DNA from: an uncultured bacterium
GTDB lineage: Bacteria; Hydrothermota; UBA3072
DNA: 64,000 bases
Direction of reading: 5' to 3'
Assembly (NCBI GenBank): GCA_964556365.1
Contig: CAZKVT010000004.1
Coordinates: forward strand, 13,842 to 77,841
A program made the position numbers and the translations under genes. Shown here in pieces: positions 32,378 to 41,832 of the stretch. The number at the start of each line of letters is the position of its first letter. The first letter of the stretch is position 1. The notes beneath the pieces were generated by a model, which saw only the letters and a program-made list of their open reading frames with translations, did no database searches and was not told the origin of the DNA.

Positions 32378-33236
32378 GAGATTTGATGTTTTGGTGGATT
32401 GTTTGACGGGATAAATGAAGTAAATCTGCTATTTCGGTTATTGAGTTGCCGTTTGATATTAATTGTTCTATTAGATATTTTCTTGCTTTCTTTTCTTCCG
32501 GGTTTTTGATTCTCGAATTTTTTCTGAACTTTTCAATCATCTGATCGAACTCTGACATTTTTCTATTAATTCTAACCGCCCTAATCTTTACTTTTTCAAT
32601 GAATCGTTTTACTTTTTGAGCATCTATGAATCTTCCGCCTTTAATTTCCAATGATTGTCTTAGAAGTTCAGAATATCTCTTTCGCGCAATATTTGGGTTA
32701 TCGTCCAGCATCTTAAGTATTTTTTCATAGTTTACAAAGGTTTTTTTTGGGCTTTCTGTGTAAAGAGAAAGAGAGCTCCACCTGTATCTATCAAAATATT
32801 CTGTTAAACCGGCATTGTAAGGATTTAAATGTATATAGCAGGAAGCTGCAAGCAAATAATTGTCGTGATTGACAAGACTTGACCGGAATCTTCCGCAGAA
32901 AACGTGCCCCTTTCGCTTATACTTATAGTTGTAATACATTGCATATTTTCCGAAAAGTTCCTTCATTGCTTCGGATAGATTTCTTTCTTTTATCTGAAGG
33001 AGAAGATGGAGGTGATTTTCTAGAAGGGAAAAACAGAAAAGATTTAAATGAAATTTTTCAACCGTTTTTTTTAATTCTGAAAGGAATTTAAGATAGTCGC
33101 CGTTTTCCACAAAAACAATTTCTCTACCGGGTGCCCTCTGAGTTATATGGTATACTGCTCCTGGATACACGATCCTTTTTTTGACAGTTAAATAGCCGCT
33201 GATTTCCTGGGTTCTAATTTTCTCCAGTATTCTCAT
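32370..33236 (-). CDS. IS200/IS605-like (RAYT-type) HUH tyrosine transposase with a C-terminal helix-turn-helix
   Basis: The HUH motif HLHLLL, a catalytic Tyr in YIHLNPY, and VYHITQR near the N-terminus resemble the Y1 transposase (Transposase_17) family. C-terminal HTH (NSITEIADLLHLSRQTIHQNIK). Flanked by identical palindromes. Confidence 0.65.
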   Translation of the reverse strand: MRILEKIRTQEISGYLTVKKRIVYPGAVYHITQRAPGREIVFVENGDYLKFLSELKKTVEKFHLNLFCFSLLENHLHLLLQIKERNLSEAMKELFGKYAMYYNYKYKRKGHVFCGRFRSSLVNHDNYLLAASCYIHLNPYNAGLTEYFDRYRWSSLSLYTESPKKTFVNYEKILKMLDDNPNIARKRYSELLRQSLEIKGGRFIDAQKVKRFIEKVKIRAVRINRKMSEFDQMIEKFRKNSRIKNPEEKKARKYLIEQLISNGNSITEIADLLHLSRQTIHQNIKSLP

Positions 33237-33279
33237 AATTAATTGTACTTAATTATCGCCTTTTGTCAAATAATGCATT

Positions 33280-33324
33280 CTAACTTTACACTTTTGTCCC
33301 GGACAAAAGTGTAAAGTTAGGGGT
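33280..33324. repeat. 45-bp palindromic element, copy 2
   Basis: Identical to 32333-32377. Confidence 0.9.
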
Positions 33325-33338
33325 GGGGTGTTAAATTT

Positions 33339-33632
33339 TTATGCTGGTTTTACTTCCGGAGCGATAAATCCTTGTGGGGGTTGAGCTTCTTTTATGTCTC
33401 CGTATTTTTCTTCATACTTTTTAACGTTATCGGAAAGTGCGTTAATAATACGTTTCATATGCCCGGGACTGGTAATGACTCTCGCTGTAACGCTTCCCGC
33501 GGGAGGTGATGCCATTATAAAATCCATAATAAATTCTTCTTTTGTGTGTAATACTATCATATGGTTGGCGTATGAGCCACCCATTATTTTTTCAGGGAAT
33601 CTAACTTTAATTTCTTTTTGTTCTTTTCCCAA
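33339..33632 (-). CDS. DUF3467 family protein
   Basis: 97 aa; the core GGSYANHMIVLHTKEEFIMDFI resembles DUF3467. TTG start with an AAAGGAGG RBS 5 nt upstream. Confidence 0.45.
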   Translation of the reverse strand: MGKEQKEIKVRFPEKIMGGSYANHMIVLHTKEEFIMDFIMASPPAGSVTARVITSPGHMKRIINALSDNVKKYEEKYGDIKEAQPPQGFIAPEVKPA

Positions 33633-33727
33633 AGTTTCCTCCTTTTTGTTTATTTAATTATAATTATAGAGGAAAATTAGTCAAGCCACCCCCTTGACTA
33701 CTGGGGGTTTCCCTGTTAGTATTGACT

Positions 33728-34456
33728 ATGTCACTTACAAAGAAATTGATATTATCCAGTTTAAGAAAAACAGGAGTGAGCTATTTTACTATTTCGGATA
33801 TATGTTCTTTATTCGATATATCCCATAATTATGCTTCTCAAATGGTATTTCAGCTCAAGATGGACGAGAAAATAGAAGAAATAGAAAAAGGTAAGTACAC
33901 GCTGCCCGAAGGAGCGGAATATCCGTTTCTGATTGCTTCTAAAACTGTACAACCTTCATATATATCTTTTGATACAGCTTTATCTGTATATATGAAGAGA
34001 AAAACCACAAAGGATGAAATTTATTATGTTGCCACACCTAAGAGGAAAAGACCTATAGCATTTAAGAACTATAATTTCAAGTACATTACACTAAAACCGT
34101 ATAAATTTTTCGGTTTCTGTCAGTTTAATATTAATGGGAATAGAGTAGCGATGGCTGAAATAGAAAAAGCGCTCTTGGATTGCCTGGAAGAAACAGCCTA
34201 TGGTCCCGGACTTATAAAATTTAAGATCATTTTGGAAGAACTCATCGATTATATATCGATAAAAAAGTTAATACAATACGCGGTCAGATGTCATAATAAA
34301 AGTTTACTGGCACGATTAGGTTATGTGCTTGAAGATATAGGTGTCGATGTTCAGATACAGAAAAAATATCTTCCTAAAGATTACGTAAAGTTTGATCCTT
34401 CCGGCGATAGACAGGGTAAATGGATCGCCAAGTGGAACATTATCGATAATCTATAA
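33728..34456 (+). CDS. Orphan AbiEi-like (type IV TA antitoxin family) transcriptional regulator
   Basis: The PSYISFDTALSVY motif, characteristic of the AbiEi_4 domain, and an N-terminal winged-helix-like region. No adjacent AbiEii partner. The start may be TTG at 33722 or ATG at 33728. Confidence 0.45.
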   Translation: MSLTKKLILSSLRKTGVSYFTISDICSLFDISHNYASQMVFQLKMDEKIEEIEKGKYTLPEGAEYPFLIASKTVQPSYISFDTALSVYMKRKTTKDEIYYVATPKRKRPIAFKNYNFKYITLKPYKFFGFCQFNINGNRVAMAEIEKALLDCLEETAYGPGLIKFKIILEELIDYISIKKLIQYAVRCHNKSLLARLGYVLEDIGVDVQIQKKYLPKDYVKFDPSGDRQGKWIAKWNIIDNL

Positions 34457-34482
34457 TTATTCTAACACAAAGAACACAGATC

Positions 34483-34519
34483 AGTCCAACGTCCAAAGTC
34501 TATAGTCCAAAGTCAGAAC
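34483..34519. repeat. Degenerate heptamer array (AGTCCAA-type)
   Basis: agtccaacgtccaaagtctatagtccaaagtcagaac. Confidence 0.8.
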
Positions 34520-34706
34520 TAAAACTTATTTCTCACACAAAGGCACAAAGAACGCTAAGTTTTTTTCCTATTTGACTATTTTTTAATTTGACCATTTAAC
34601 TGATTCGAAGAAGCACAACCTGGTACCAAATATCTAATAGTGCAACAAATCTACACTGACAAACACGGTTTTTTTATTTATTTTCCATTAATTCTTAAAT
34701 TTCCGC

Positions 34707-34735
34707 TTGACAAAAGGTGTAAAAATCCGTAGAAT
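34707..34735 (+). promoter_or_regulatory. Strong sigma70-type promoter (TTGACA-17-TAGAAT) for the giant surface-protein operon
   Basis: -35 at 34707-34712 and -10 at 34730-34735; an AGGAGG RBS at 34786-34791 before the ATG at 34799. Confidence 0.5.
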
Positions 34736-34798
34736 GATTTAAGAACGAGTTATAAATATTTTTCATAAAATTGTAATTTAAAATTGTAAGGAGGAATT

Positions 34799-37700
34799 AT
34801 GAAGGGTAGGATAGTTTTCTTAGTTGGCATTCTGATGCTAGCTTTAAGTCTCCCGGTTTTAGCTCAGTTTTCACTACGTCTGCATCCACCGCCACCAAAT
34901 CAATTAGGTATTGAAGACTTATGGTCTCTGGAAATTATAAACAATTCTGGTGAACCGCGTATGGTTTTTCTGCGGGGAGAGATTCGAGAATCTGGAAATG
35001 ATGTATTTAGAGCTAGCACCAATGAGTTCGAGTCCCCAACGGGTAGATTGAAGGTGAAATCGAGAGATGTAAGAGATTTGAGAGATGAATGGTATAGAGA
35101 AGAAGATAAATCTTTTATACTTAGAACTGGAAGTGTCCCCGCGGGGAATTATACCGCCTGTATTTATCTTATAGATGCTTCTTCAGGACGAGAATTAGCA
35201 GAGCAGTGTATAAATATCGTGGTTCGACCAGCCAACCCACCAAGACTGATATCTCCTAAAGCCGGTAGAGGCTTAAAAGTTAATCGTCCCAATTTTACCT
35301 GGACTAAACCCGCGCCCGTACCTGCGGATGAAAGGGTCTTCTATAAATTTAAAATTGTCGAGATATATAAAGGACAAACCAAAGAAGAAGCGATGAGGTC
35401 GAATCCTGCCTGGTATCAGGAAGAGAGAATGAACAAAACAAATTTCATGTACCCTTTGAGAGCAAGAGCGCTTGATCCTGATAAACGCTATGCCTGGCAG
35501 GTTCAATCTGCTTATGAAGATGGTCTTCCTCTGGGAAGGAATCAGGGTATGAGTGAGATATGGGAAGTTAATCCCGATATAATAAAGGAAATAAAACCCT
35601 TATTAAGACCTGATTGTTTAAAAATAGGTGATTTTGTTATAAAAAATATAACTTACACATCATATTCAATGGATTCTCTTTCCGGTAGCGGAGAATCTTT
35701 CTTTGTGCAGAAGTCTGGCGGTCCGATTTTTATTTATTTGGAAATAAAATTTGATGTCGATTTTGAAAATTTGCAGGCGGATTGGACGAGCGGTGAAGAT
35801 ACCGCTTATGTTACTTCTGGTGAAATCGAAAAGAGTTTCTCTTCCCCCATCGAGTTTGGAGTCGAGGGTTATTATGTTTCAGTCTATGATATTCATATGT
35901 GGCCCGATTCGGCGCGTGGTAAAGTCGGAGTTAAGGTTAGCTGCCTTTATGATACGACCGGTTGCGAGCCGGTTGAACTCGGACCTTTTGTATCGAGACT
36001 TTCACCTATCCCGGATATTTACAAAAAACTTGAGGTCAAAGACAGAGGTCCTTTCCGTTTAGGGGAGACCGGAATAATAATTCAATCTAAGAAAGAAATA
36101 TTGGTTGATTTAAGCAAAACAATAACACCCAGCAAAGTAGGAATAGAAATGAAAAGAGGGGAAACAATCGAGCAGCCCGATATGGATACCTGTAATACAG
36201 GTTATCTTTACGGCAAATATACGTTTGATGATGGGGTGTTTGCACCGGGTGGTTTTAACGCTACTCTCGAGCTTGCCCAGCCCTGGAAATTCTATTCTTT
36301 AATTCCGATGGGGTTCGAAGTAAACTTGACGGCAGGAGGACTCGAAATCGAAAATTGTAAAGTAAAAAAAGGAAAGTTCATAAACGGAAATATAGTTCTT
36401 CCCTCGGATAGCAATGGGGTTGTTAACCCGGTGGGCAATGAAATTACATCAGGATATGATTCGCTCCTTGTAGATTCCCTTTTGGATTTACGAGCTGCGG
36501 TTAAAGTGCCCAGTGAAATGAAATGGGGTGGTTTTGGATTACGTGCAAGCAATACATATTTTAAACTTCCTGCCAAACCCTACGCTTATCATACGGTTGT
36601 ACAGAGTGATACTTTTAATCTTGTAAGACCGGATACTTTGATAGGTTTAATTGTGCCTTGCCTAAAAAGAGATACTGATGTATTGACAGCTTATTCGGGC
36701 GACGCAAGCAATCCTTTGAGATTTAAGGAAATGAGTTCGTGTGAAAATGCTAACTTGCAGGTTAAAGCGCCTAGTAAAGTAAAAAAGAATCAAGGTTGGT
36801 TTAATCTGGAAATGCAGGGGATGAGAGGGTTTTTATCGTCGGATGTCGAAACTCCGGATATGAATGTTGATCTCGGGATACCAAGTAAAACAGGATATTT
36901 GGCGAGTACTTCTTTTAATACGACTTTTACTCATGTTGACGGCCTGGAACCCTTCATGAGATTCTGGTTTGTGGGTAATTCTTCATTTAATACCGATCTC
37001 AGAGGAAACTTTCAGATTCCTTATCCATCGGATATAAAACCTCCGTTTAAGGAACTTGGCGTTACTTCTACCGCTAGTTTCGCGGGAGGTAACGCATTCT
37101 TCCCGGATGATACACTTAATCTCAATTATTGGGGTGTTGGTTTGACTTCGGAGAGAGGTGTCGTTAGTGTAAGGATAGGAGAAATTATTTATACAAATGC
37201 CGAGATTCATGAGCCCGTACATTTCAGCCAAGGGTTTAATATAATCTGGGGTGAAATGCTCGCCGACGGAAATTTGGGAGAGTTTTATTTCAACCACAAC
37301 GCGGCGCATCAGAAGTTTGACGGTTTCCCGATTACTTTGGATTCGGCTGCTCTTTCTAAATTTACTTCTGGTAAGCCGGGAGAACTTGTAGTTAGAGCCG
37401 GTATTCACTTTAATTTCTTCGGAGAGCCCGATACATTGATTACTGTGCATGACGCGAAACATACTGTATCCGGAGCGCCTTTCTACTCGCGCCTCATTTC
37501 CATAGACCCAAAGGATTTTGCACTATTTAGAAACTGGGGTTCGGGTATCGCGGAAATGGATTTTGATAAGATTGGTTACGATGACGCGGATCAAAATGGG
37601 TTTATAGGCTCGGGGGAAGTCGATTTTGATTTCTTTGCGAATTCTCCGGTCGATGCCGAGATTGAACTTGATAGTTTGTATATAAAAATTTGTGTTTTAG

Positions 37701-38638
37701 AAAACAGTGTGCATGATTTAATGCTTCTGGATGTCGAGTTGACCAGTTTGGGTGAAATCTGGGGATGTGCTGTCATCAAAGGAGATGAGCTGGAACGTAT
37801 CGTGATTGGCGGTCGAATCGAATCGACCGTGGGGGGTGGTTTCGATTTACTTGTTCCTAAAGCTGGAGTAGGAGTCGAAGTCAAGATGGCGGTTACCCCG
37901 AATATAACAACTTTTGCCGCTGATGGTATGATGTATCTCTATGTCCTTGGAACCGATTTGGAAATGACAGGCAGCGTATTTCTTAAGTCTGACCGTGTTG
38001 CGGGAAGCGTAGAAGGCGAAATAAAAGGAGCTTTCGATTTGAGTTCTGTAGGTGTAGATCTTGAGGCGGATGGGCAGGCTAACTGGTTCTTTAGCGGCGA
38101 TGCAAATTACATACAGGGAAGATTGGCAGTGAATATATGCAGTATAACATTGGGAGGCGGTCTTTCGGGTGGTCTGTTCATAGGGTACAATGCTCCTAAG
38201 GATCAGGTATGGGTCATTACAGAGGGGAGCAGCGGAAGCCGGCGGTTTGGTATTAATATGGCTAATATAAATGACCCTGTAAGTGGTATTTATATCTTTG
38301 GCGATGCCGAAATATCTATAGGGGTGGCTGGAATACTCGAAGGCGGAGTTGAAATATATGCAGGTGTTGGAGCCTTCATAGGTGGCAATTATACCGGCAG
38401 TGACGGAACTACTCAGGGACTTTTCACTATTGTAGGGGTAGTTGGAGTTTACATATACGGCGAAATACTCTGGGGTCTTGTTTCCGCGTCAGCCTGGGGA
38501 GAATTAGAGATTTATTTTGGAACCCCGACAGGATTCGAGGGCACTTTTGGTCTTAGAGGATGTGTGCTCTGGGTTGTTTGCGGCGAAATAGATATTACTG
38601 CAGGAATGAACTCAAACCGTGGCTTCTACGTAGAGTAA
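34799..38638 (+). CDS. Giant secreted protein (1279 aa) of unknown function: N-terminal Ig/FN3-like domains and a Gly-rich beta-rich C-terminal region
   Basis: Signal peptide MKGRIVFLVGILMLALSLPVLA; FN3-like segments (NFTWTKPAP ... YKFKIVEI ... YAWQVQSAY); no catalytic motif recognised; the C-terminal 250 aa is rich in G/V/I/Y beta-strand-like repeats. Confidence 0.6.
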   Translation: MKGRIVFLVGILMLALSLPVLAQFSLRLHPPPPNQLGIEDLWSLEIINNSGEPRMVFLRGEIRESGNDVFRASTNEFESPTGRLKVKSRDVRDLRDEWYREEDKSFILRTGSVPAGNYTACIYLIDASSGRELAEQCINIVVRPANPPRLISPKAGRGLKVNRPNFTWTKPAPVPADERVFYKFKIVEIYKGQTKEEAMRSNPAWYQEERMNKTNFMYPLRARALDPDKRYAWQVQSAYEDGLPLGRNQGMSEIWEVNPDIIKEIKPLLRPDCLKIGDFVIKNITYTSYSMDSLSGSGESFFVQKSGGPIFIYLEIKFDVDFENLQADWTSGEDTAYVTSGEIEKSFSSPIEFGVEGYYVSVYDIHMWPDSARGKVGVKVSCLYDTTGCEPVELGPFVSRLSPIPDIYKKLEVKDRGPFRLGETGIIIQSKKEILVDLSKTITPSKVGIEMKRGETIEQPDMDTCNTGYLYGKYTFDDGVFAPGGFNATLELAQPWKFYSLIPMGFEVNLTAGGLEIENCKVKKGKFINGNIVLPSDSNGVVNPVGNEITSGYDSLLVDSLLDLRAAVKVPSEMKWGGFGLRASNTYFKLPAKPYAYHTVVQSDTFNLVRPDTLIGLIVPCLKRDTDVLTAYSGDASNPLRFKEMSSCENANLQVKAPSKVKKNQGWFNLEMQGMRGFLSSDVETPDMNVDLGIPSKTGYLASTSFNTTFTHVDGLEPFMRFWFVGNSSFNTDLRGNFQIPYPSDIKPPFKELGVTSTASFAGGNAFFPDDTLNLNYWGVGLTSERGVVSVRIGEIIYTNAEIHEPVHFSQGFNIIWGEMLADGNLGEFYFNHNAAHQKFDGFPITLDSAALSKFTSGKPGELVVRAGIHFNFFGEPDTLITVHDAKHTVSGAPFYSRLISIDPKDFALFRNWGSGIAEMDFDKIGYDDADQNGFIGSGEVDFDFFANSPVDAEIELDSLYIKICVLENSVHDLMLLDVELTSLGEIWGCAVIKGDELERIVIGGRIESTVGGGFDLLVPKAGVGVEVKMAVTPNITTFAADGMMYLYVLGTDLEMTGSVFLKSDRVAGSVEGEIKGAFDLSSVGVDLEADGQANWFFSGDANYIQGRLAVNICSITLGGGLSGGLFIGYNAPKDQVWVITEGSSGSRRFGINMANINDPVSGIYIFGDAEISIGVAGILEGGVEIYAGVGAFIGGNYTGSDGTTQGLFTIVGVVGVYIYGEILWGLVSASAWGELEIYFGTPTGFEGTFGLRGCVLWVVCGEIDITAGMNSNRGFYVE

Positions 38639-38648
38639 GGAGGTATCG

Positions 38649-41600
38649 ATGTTTTTAATAATATTATTGGGAACTGTATTGAATGTTTACACAAACGATG
38701 TGGTGGTTAAAAGAGCTGATACCACTATTACTCCTACCATAGGTATGGAATTAAAGGATATCGATACAGTCATAGTTGGAGATAGTTCTAAAGCAGAGAT
38801 TCTTTATTCCGACAGCACAACGCTTTACCTGGATGCGAATACCAGTATTAATACAAGAGGAGAGAAGAAAAGGTCTGTATTTCTTTCCTTTGGAAGAATC
38901 TGGGCAAAGGTCAAAAAGCTTGTGAAAGGCGAATCTCTGGAAGTTGTAACTCCTGTTTCTATTTCCGGTATTACAGGTACGGAGTTCGAACAATCTTTTA
39001 TCGCGAAAAAAGTAGAGTGTAAGATGATAGGAGGAAGTTTAAACTTCAAAGAAAAGGGGACCGGAAAAGAGACAAAGCTGGGAGAGGGTCAGATGGCCTC
39101 TATGGAAAAAGGAAAATCAGCAAAATTTGGAAAATTCAAAAGGGACCAGGTGAAACACTGGTATAAATGGACAAAAAACGACGCTGATTTTATCCTCAGT
39201 AAAATAAAACAAGCCTCTGACGATGGTGAGCATGGAGATGGCTTGATCTCTGACGATGGTGCGCATGGAGATGGCTTGATCTCTGACGATGGTGAGCATG
39301 GAAAGGTAGCACTTCTTGTCTCTCAGGTAAAGGCAGTTGCCGGCAAATTGGGTTTAGTTGGAGAGTATAATAGCAAATTAGATAAATTTATGAAAGTTAA
39401 AGATCCTTCTATGCTCAAAGGCCTTTTTGCCCCTACCGAGACAGGTTTTCTTTATGCTATAAGCAGTGAAAATAAAGGTAAAAATACATTCATATTGTTG
39501 AAATGGCCTAAAATGGAAGGGGTTAAATCCTTTAACCTTTATAGGAAAGAGATACCGTCTATTTCTGTTTCTACGAAACCGATAAATTCAAAACCTATTC
39601 AACTTATGACTGACTGTGATGATATTAAGAAAATTATACCTGAAGGTTCCGAAGAATGGCAGGCCATTGTCAATATCCTTAACGGACCTCCAAAACTTAA
39701 ATTTAAAGCCGGCGTAAAAGGAAATATGATTAAGGGTTCTCCTATTGTAGCTCTTAAGAGCACGGGTAAAGATATGCTTGCCGCCGTTCCGACCGTTCCG
39801 CAGGTTGGGTTCGCTAATCTTGGTGCCTGTAATATTTCCTCTGTTTCGGATACCAGCAAGACTTATAGAGAATTACAGGCTCTTACAGGTAAATACTGGA
39901 AGGTTGGTGTTGTCATGGGACAGGCTTATGTTGATAATAATGTTGTTGTTGGTAAAAAATATATGTATGCAATAACACCCGCTAAAACACCCGCTAAGCG
40001 TAAGGGGGCAAGCATGGAAATTAAACCCATAGATACAGCCACGGTTATTGCCGGAACGGTTCTTCCTTTACCTCCTCCCTCGGGTGTTACTACTATTGCG
40101 GGTGATAACAAGGTTATGGTAAGATGGAATGAGATGGGAACCGCTTCGGGTTATGATGTTTATAGAAATGCTCTTACCTCGCTTTATATTAAGGTAAACG
40201 GAGCCGATATAGTAGAGAAATGTACTCTCGATTTAGAAGGAAATAAGATTTCTGAGAAAAACTGTTTTATAGATTTTATGCGCTGGGATGGATCGGGCTA
40301 TCCTGCAGAGCATGAAGTTGTGGCTCCTGACTCGATATATGGGCCATATAACGGAATAACTTACAGATATAAAGTTAGAGCTTATGATGCTCTTGGTAGA
40401 CCGGGTATGTTCAGTTCGAATGTTCCCACACTTCCCGAGGATAAAACACCGCCGGCTGTGCCTTATGGAATTACCGTCGAAGCTTATCCTGACGGCTTAC
40501 AGCCGAAATGGTATCAGGTTACTCATGATGAATTAGGACACGTGGAATTGTCGGGTATACAGGGCTATAAGGTTTATCGTTTTAACTCCGCGGATTCTTT
40601 GGCTGATAGTATTATGATTAATCCTATGATTCCTGATACGTTTGGAGCTTTCCCTTTCTTTAAGGATACGGACCCGGCGATTTTCTCCGCGTATGGAGAA
40701 AAAACATACTGGTACAGGGTTAGAAGTATCGATAACGAAGGTAATATAAGCGGTCTTTCTCCTTCAGCAGGAAACAATTTACCGGATACAACACCTCCGA
40801 CCCCTCCGCGCGATTTAGTGGCAAAGAGTCATGCAGACCATATTGCATTAACCTGGGAAAAACCGAATCCTGTTCCGTCCGATCTTGCGGGTTATAATAT
40901 ATATAGAGGGGTTTGCGGAGGAGATTCTGTATGTGTTGAGTATGAACAACAAAAGGCAACAACCCATATGCCGACGGGTGATCCAAGATGTACAAAATGG
41001 GAATGGCAACCTTATCCCACGCACCTTGTGGGAAATAGAGATCATCCCGATAGTCTTAAATATAATGATTTCACTGTTCCGCCCGGTTCTCCTATCTGTT
41101 ACAGATATACTATAAAAGCTTATGATAGGAGTCAGAATCTAAGCGATACCTCAAAGAGTGTTTGTCAGAAACTAAGAGAAGAAACACCTCCCGCTCCACC
41201 CGTTATAGCAGGGCTTAAAGCGAGAGACAGATCGATAAAAGTCGAGTGGGTTTCTTCCCCTGTTCAGGATTTATTTGGATTTATGGTTTATAGAGCGGAG
41301 AAAGAAAGTGGTCATTACAAGAGAGTAAGTGATACGCTTATATTCCCTGAAAAGATAGATTGCAAAGATATCCCGGCTACGAATGTATGGGCGGCTGATT
41401 CTGTATTTTCATTTGTCGATACAACCGTACAGGAAAAGAAGGTGTATTGGTATAAAATAAAAGCCGCGGATTACGGTGGAAATATAGGAGAAGCTTCTGT
41501 TCCGATAGAAACGTATACATATAATATCGGGCCTCCGCCTACACCAAAGAATCTTCAGGTTACTCAGCCTTCAGGTAAATGCGCTTTACTTATAGAATGG

Positions 41601-41819
41601 AAGCCGGAGTACGATAAAGATTACAAAGGTTTTGTAGTGTTCAGAAGTTCTGAGCTTAGCAAGGGTTATCGGCAGATCAGTCCTATCGTAAAAGATAGTA
41701 GGTATCTCGATAATACGGTAATCGGGAATAAAGACTACTACTACAAGGTTCAGTATTTTGCTAAAAATGGAAACCGATCGCTCGTTTCAACTGCTAAAAA
41801 CGGTAAGGCAACGCCTTAA
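38649..41819 (+). CDS. Large secreted protein (1056 aa) with a FecR-like N-terminal domain, an 11-aa tandem repeat linker and at least six fibronectin type III domains
   Basis: A FecR-like beta-rich domain (aa ~40-130; GDSSKAEILYSDSTTLYLDANTSI ... GITGTEFEQSF); the repeat SDDGEHGDGLI x2.6; FN3 units each opening with PPxP linkers and closing with YxYRVxAxDxxGNxS-type strands (YRYKVRAYDALGRPG, YWYRVRSIDNEGNIS, YRYTIKAYDRSQNLS, YWYKIKAADYGGNIG, YYYKVQYFAKNGNRS). AAGGAGG RBS. Confidence 0.65.
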   Translation: MFLIILLGTVLNVYTNDVVVKRADTTITPTIGMELKDIDTVIVGDSSKAEILYSDSTTLYLDANTSINTRGEKKRSVFLSFGRIWAKVKKLVKGESLEVVTPVSISGITGTEFEQSFIAKKVECKMIGGSLNFKEKGTGKETKLGEGQMASMEKGKSAKFGKFKRDQVKHWYKWTKNDADFILSKIKQASDDGEHGDGLISDDGAHGDGLISDDGEHGKVALLVSQVKAVAGKLGLVGEYNSKLDKFMKVKDPSMLKGLFAPTETGFLYAISSENKGKNTFILLKWPKMEGVKSFNLYRKEIPSISVSTKPINSKPIQLMTDCDDIKKIIPEGSEEWQAIVNILNGPPKLKFKAGVKGNMIKGSPIVALKSTGKDMLAAVPTVPQVGFANLGACNISSVSDTSKTYRELQALTGKYWKVGVVMGQAYVDNNVVVGKKYMYAITPAKTPAKRKGASMEIKPIDTATVIAGTVLPLPPPSGVTTIAGDNKVMVRWNEMGTASGYDVYRNALTSLYIKVNGADIVEKCTLDLEGNKISEKNCFIDFMRWDGSGYPAEHEVVAPDSIYGPYNGITYRYKVRAYDALGRPGMFSSNVPTLPEDKTPPAVPYGITVEAYPDGLQPKWYQVTHDELGHVELSGIQGYKVYRFNSADSLADSIMINPMIPDTFGAFPFFKDTDPAIFSAYGEKTYWYRVRSIDNEGNISGLSPSAGNNLPDTTPPTPPRDLVAKSHADHIALTWEKPNPVPSDLAGYNIYRGVCGGDSVCVEYEQQKATTHMPTGDPRCTKWEWQPYPTHLVGNRDHPDSLKYNDFTVPPGSPICYRYTIKAYDRSQNLSDTSKSVCQKLREETPPAPPVIAGLKARDRSIKVEWVSSPVQDLFGFMVYRAEKESGHYKRVSDTLIFPEKIDCKDIPATNVWAADSVFSFVDTTVQEKKVYWYKIKAADYGGNIGEASVPIETYTYNIGPPPTPKNLQVTQPSGKCALLIEWKPEYDKDYKGFVVFRSSELSKGYRQISPIVKDSRYLDNTVIGNKDYYYKVQYFAKNGNRSLVSTAKNGKATP
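39217..39302 (+). repeat. 33-bp tandem direct repeat (2.6 copies) inside the FecR/FN3 gene, encoding SDDGEHGDGLI repeats
   Basis: The unit ctgacgatggtgagcatggagatggcttgatct repeats at 39217, 39250 and 39283 (third copy partial). In-frame, period 33 nt. Confidence 0.85.
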
Positions 41820-41832
41820 AGAGGGGGATGAG

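Larger units (their letters stand above)
32333..33324 (-). mobile_element. Putative RAYT/IS200-like element: the transposase gene bracketed by two identical 45-bp palindromic (REP-like) elements
   Basis: The 45-mer ctaactttacacttttgtcccggacaaaagtgtaaagttagggg occurs at 32333-32377 and 33280-33324, one either side of the transposase gene. Each copy is an ~18-bp-stem palindrome. Confidence 0.55.

Noticed and set aside
39217-39302. 33-bp tandem repeat as a possible CRISPR array
   Set aside because: The repeats are directly adjacent with no spacers and in-frame within a large CDS. It is a coding tandem repeat.
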